From the IMG/VR virus record IMGVR_UViG_3300037760_000086, positions 1 through 25,774 of that record: a DNA stretch of 25,774 nucleotides, one strand, 5' to 3'. A model generated the notes under the pieces. The model had not been told where the DNA came from and did not search any database. It saw nothing but the letters and a program-made list of their open reading frames with translations. The position numbers and the translations under genes were made by a program. Of this stretch, positions 24,246-25,774 are shown in pieces. Origin of the DNA: a virus (taxonomy: Duplodnaviria > Caudoviricetes). The first letter of the stretch is position 1; each line of letters starts with the position of its first letter.

Positions 24246-24643
24246 CCGCCAACGAAAACACCAGCCAACCCGAGCCCCCGTCACTCATCTGTGCAGTGGA
24301 GGTTCGACTCCTGGATAAGATACGGAGAAACGCAAAGCACCTCCTCGACGACGGGACGCTTGATGAGACGCTCCACTATTTTGAGGCCCGCTCAGCCGAG
24401 GCCAAGCTATGGGGATGTACCGAAACGATCCTTACCCTGCCAGCACCGAGGGTGATCGCCATATTTACGGTCATCGCTCTATGGGTGGGGGGTAAGGCGC
24501 GGATCGGCGACCCGACCGTAGGAGCCAAATATGCCATACTCCAGGCCTTTCACCCGAGCCGATGGTGCAGGCGCGATGATGGGCTGCTCTCGCCTGAGAT
24601 CAGGGCGGCCATCCAGCGGCAACCGAAACGTCTCCGGCCATGA
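24242..24643 (+). CDS. Hypothetical protein
   Basis: 133 aa, ATGA-coupled on both sides. Confidence 0.55.
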   Translation: MTANENTSQPEPPSLICAVEVRLLDKIRRNAKHLLDDGTLDETLHYFEARSAEAKLWGCTETILTLPAPRVIAIFTVIALWVGGKARIGDPTVGAKYAILQAFHPSRWCRRDDGLLSPEIRAAIQRQPKRLRP

Positions 24644-24936
24644 GTGCACGCCAACACCAGGTCCGCAATGTGAAGGCCGGCCGCTGCTGGGCCCATAAGG
24701 ATCGCCCTATCTACAAGGCACAAATGTGTGAGCAATGCTACGAGAAGGTCAAGGCCAAGCTCGACGCGCGGCGCAAAGGCAACGCATACCTGACAGCTTT
24801 TGGCCGGCTGCTTGCGCACACCAATGGGCTCAGCGCGAAACAGAAGACCGTCATCATCAAGGCGATTCTCGACGGCACCGCCAAGGACAAATTGGCGGCG
24901 GCCATCGACAACCCGAAAAAGATCGACCAATTATGA
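24640..24936 (+). CDS. Hypothetical basic protein with CxxH...CxxC motif
   Basis: 98 aa, ATGA-coupled. Confidence 0.6.
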   Translation: MSARQHQVRNVKAGRCWAHKDRPIYKAQMCEQCYEKVKAKLDARRKGNAYLTAFGRLLAHTNGLSAKQKTVIIKAILDGTAKDKLAAAIDNPKKIDQL

Positions 24937-25217
24937 AAACGACCATTTACCTTGGCCTCAGCATGCCGACGTCATGGTGCCACGGTTGCGGACGTGCCAC
25001 TTCTTGGCCTCGTGCTGATAACATCACCCCCAATGCCGACCACCGACGACCCGAGCCGGGCGACGTGACGATCTGCGACCAATGTGGAGCCGTCAGCGTC
25101 CTCAACGACATTCTCGTCCTTGAGAAGCCGCCTGATGACGCGTTCCTGGATCGCCTGTCGGAAGAGGACCGCCAGGTCATCGCGGACCGTGTGGCACAAA
25201 TCAAAGGAGAAAAATAA
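24933..25217 (+). CDS. Hypothetical Zn-ribbon protein
   Basis: ATG at 24933 (ATGA overlap); CHGCG...PEPGDVTICDQCG. Confidence 0.65.
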   Translation: MKTTIYLGLSMPTSWCHGCGRATSWPRADNITPNADHRRPEPGDVTICDQCGAVSVLNDILVLEKPPDDAFLDRLSEEDRQVIADRVAQIKGEK

Positions 25218-25218
25218 C

Positions 25219-25392
25219 ATGAAAGAAATCATTCTTGAAACGGTCCCCCTGCCCATGGAAATGAAAGCCTTTTGCAAGTGCCTGGCTAAGCTGGTCAAGA
25301 AGCACGGCAAAAACGCACTGGTCCGCGGCACCGGCAAGACGCTGATCGTGTTTTGCCACGAGGAGGAAGAAACCCAGGAGGATGCTCAATAG
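25219..25392 (+). CDS. Hypothetical protein (57 aa)
   Basis: ATG at 25219 preceded by AAGGAG and an A-rich spacer. Confidence 0.55.
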   Translation: MKEIILETVPLPMEMKAFCKCLAKLVKKHGKNALVRGTGKTLIVFCHEEEETQEDAQ

Positions 25393-25397
25393 CTGAT

Positions 25398-25774
25398 ATG
25401 CCCACGTTGTTATGTTCGGACTGCGGTGTTCGGCTGACCCCGGATAACCGCGCTAGCGGTCGACTACGCTGCAAACCATGCCGTAATCGCCAAGCGCGAA
25501 AGCGCTATGTGAAAAAGGGGCCACCAGATCGCTACGGACCACCGCCAAAACCTCCCCGTGACGGAGACAAAGTGCAGGCCCGCCAGCGCATCAATGTAGA
25601 AGTCAAAACAGGTAGGCGACCTCATCCAAACTTGCTCCCATGCATAGACTGCGGCCACGTTTATCAGGATGGCGAGCGGAGGCACGAGTACGATCATCAT
25701 TTGGGCTATGCCCCAGAACACCACTATGATGTAGAGCCGGTATGCACTACATGTCACGCGGTAAGGGATAGTCC
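25398..25774 (+). CDS. HNH-like/Zn-finger nuclease (partial, runs off the window; not in the ORF track)
   Basis: MPTLLCSDCG...CKPC...PCIDCGH...HEYDHHLGYAPEHHYDVEPVCTTCH, read from ATG 25398 with no stop before the end. Confidence 0.75.
   Translation, partial: MPTLLCSDCGVRLTPDNRASGRLRCKPCRNRQARKRYVKKGPPDRYGPPPKPPRDGDKVQARQRINVEVKTGRRPHPNLLPCIDCGHVYQDGERRHEYDHHLGYAPEHHYDVEPVCTTCHAVRDS

Noticed and set aside
1-25774. tRNA, rRNA, integrase, transposase or stop-codon recoding
   Set aside because: None recognised; genes are full-length in the standard code and use all three stop codons.

Overview
This 25.8 kb GC-rich window is a fragment of a tailed dsDNA phage or prophage; no host housekeeping genes are visible. 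Left part (1-8349): the distal tail module of the GTA/BR0599-type siphophage layout, with a repeat-containing tail protein, DUF2163/BR0599 protein, an inserted HNH endonuclease, NlpC/P60 peptidase, a small Zn-finger gene, the large tail hub protein and two further tail-like genes. Middle (8350-9795): a holin-led membrane/lysis cassette with no recognisable endolysin. One reverse-strand gene and a divergent promoter region follow (9816-10215). Right part (10216-25774): a long + strand DNA metabolism block with an RPA-like OB-fold SSB, LysR-type HTH-only protein, Rad50/SbcC-like ATPase, compact UvrD helicase, MazG-like protein, an origin-like non-coding segment, two initiator-like genes, ASCH-like protein, DnaC-like loader, KH-like protein, SWIM finger, RecU, ParB-like protein, SF2 helicase, many small Cys-rich ORFs and a truncated HNH gene. 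Start sites are mostly A/C-rich without Shine-Dalgarno motifs, and several look leaderless. Best leads: the nuclease-less SSB-Rad50-UvrD operon; an inverted, frame-broken 'AEAEAE/NPLPP' origin-like segment outside the initiator gene; a chain of uORFs ahead of a Met-Lys-Met holin; a KH-like protein near a structured intergenic element; a self-nested repeat in the tail protein. All assignments come from reading motifs by eye; no database search was run.
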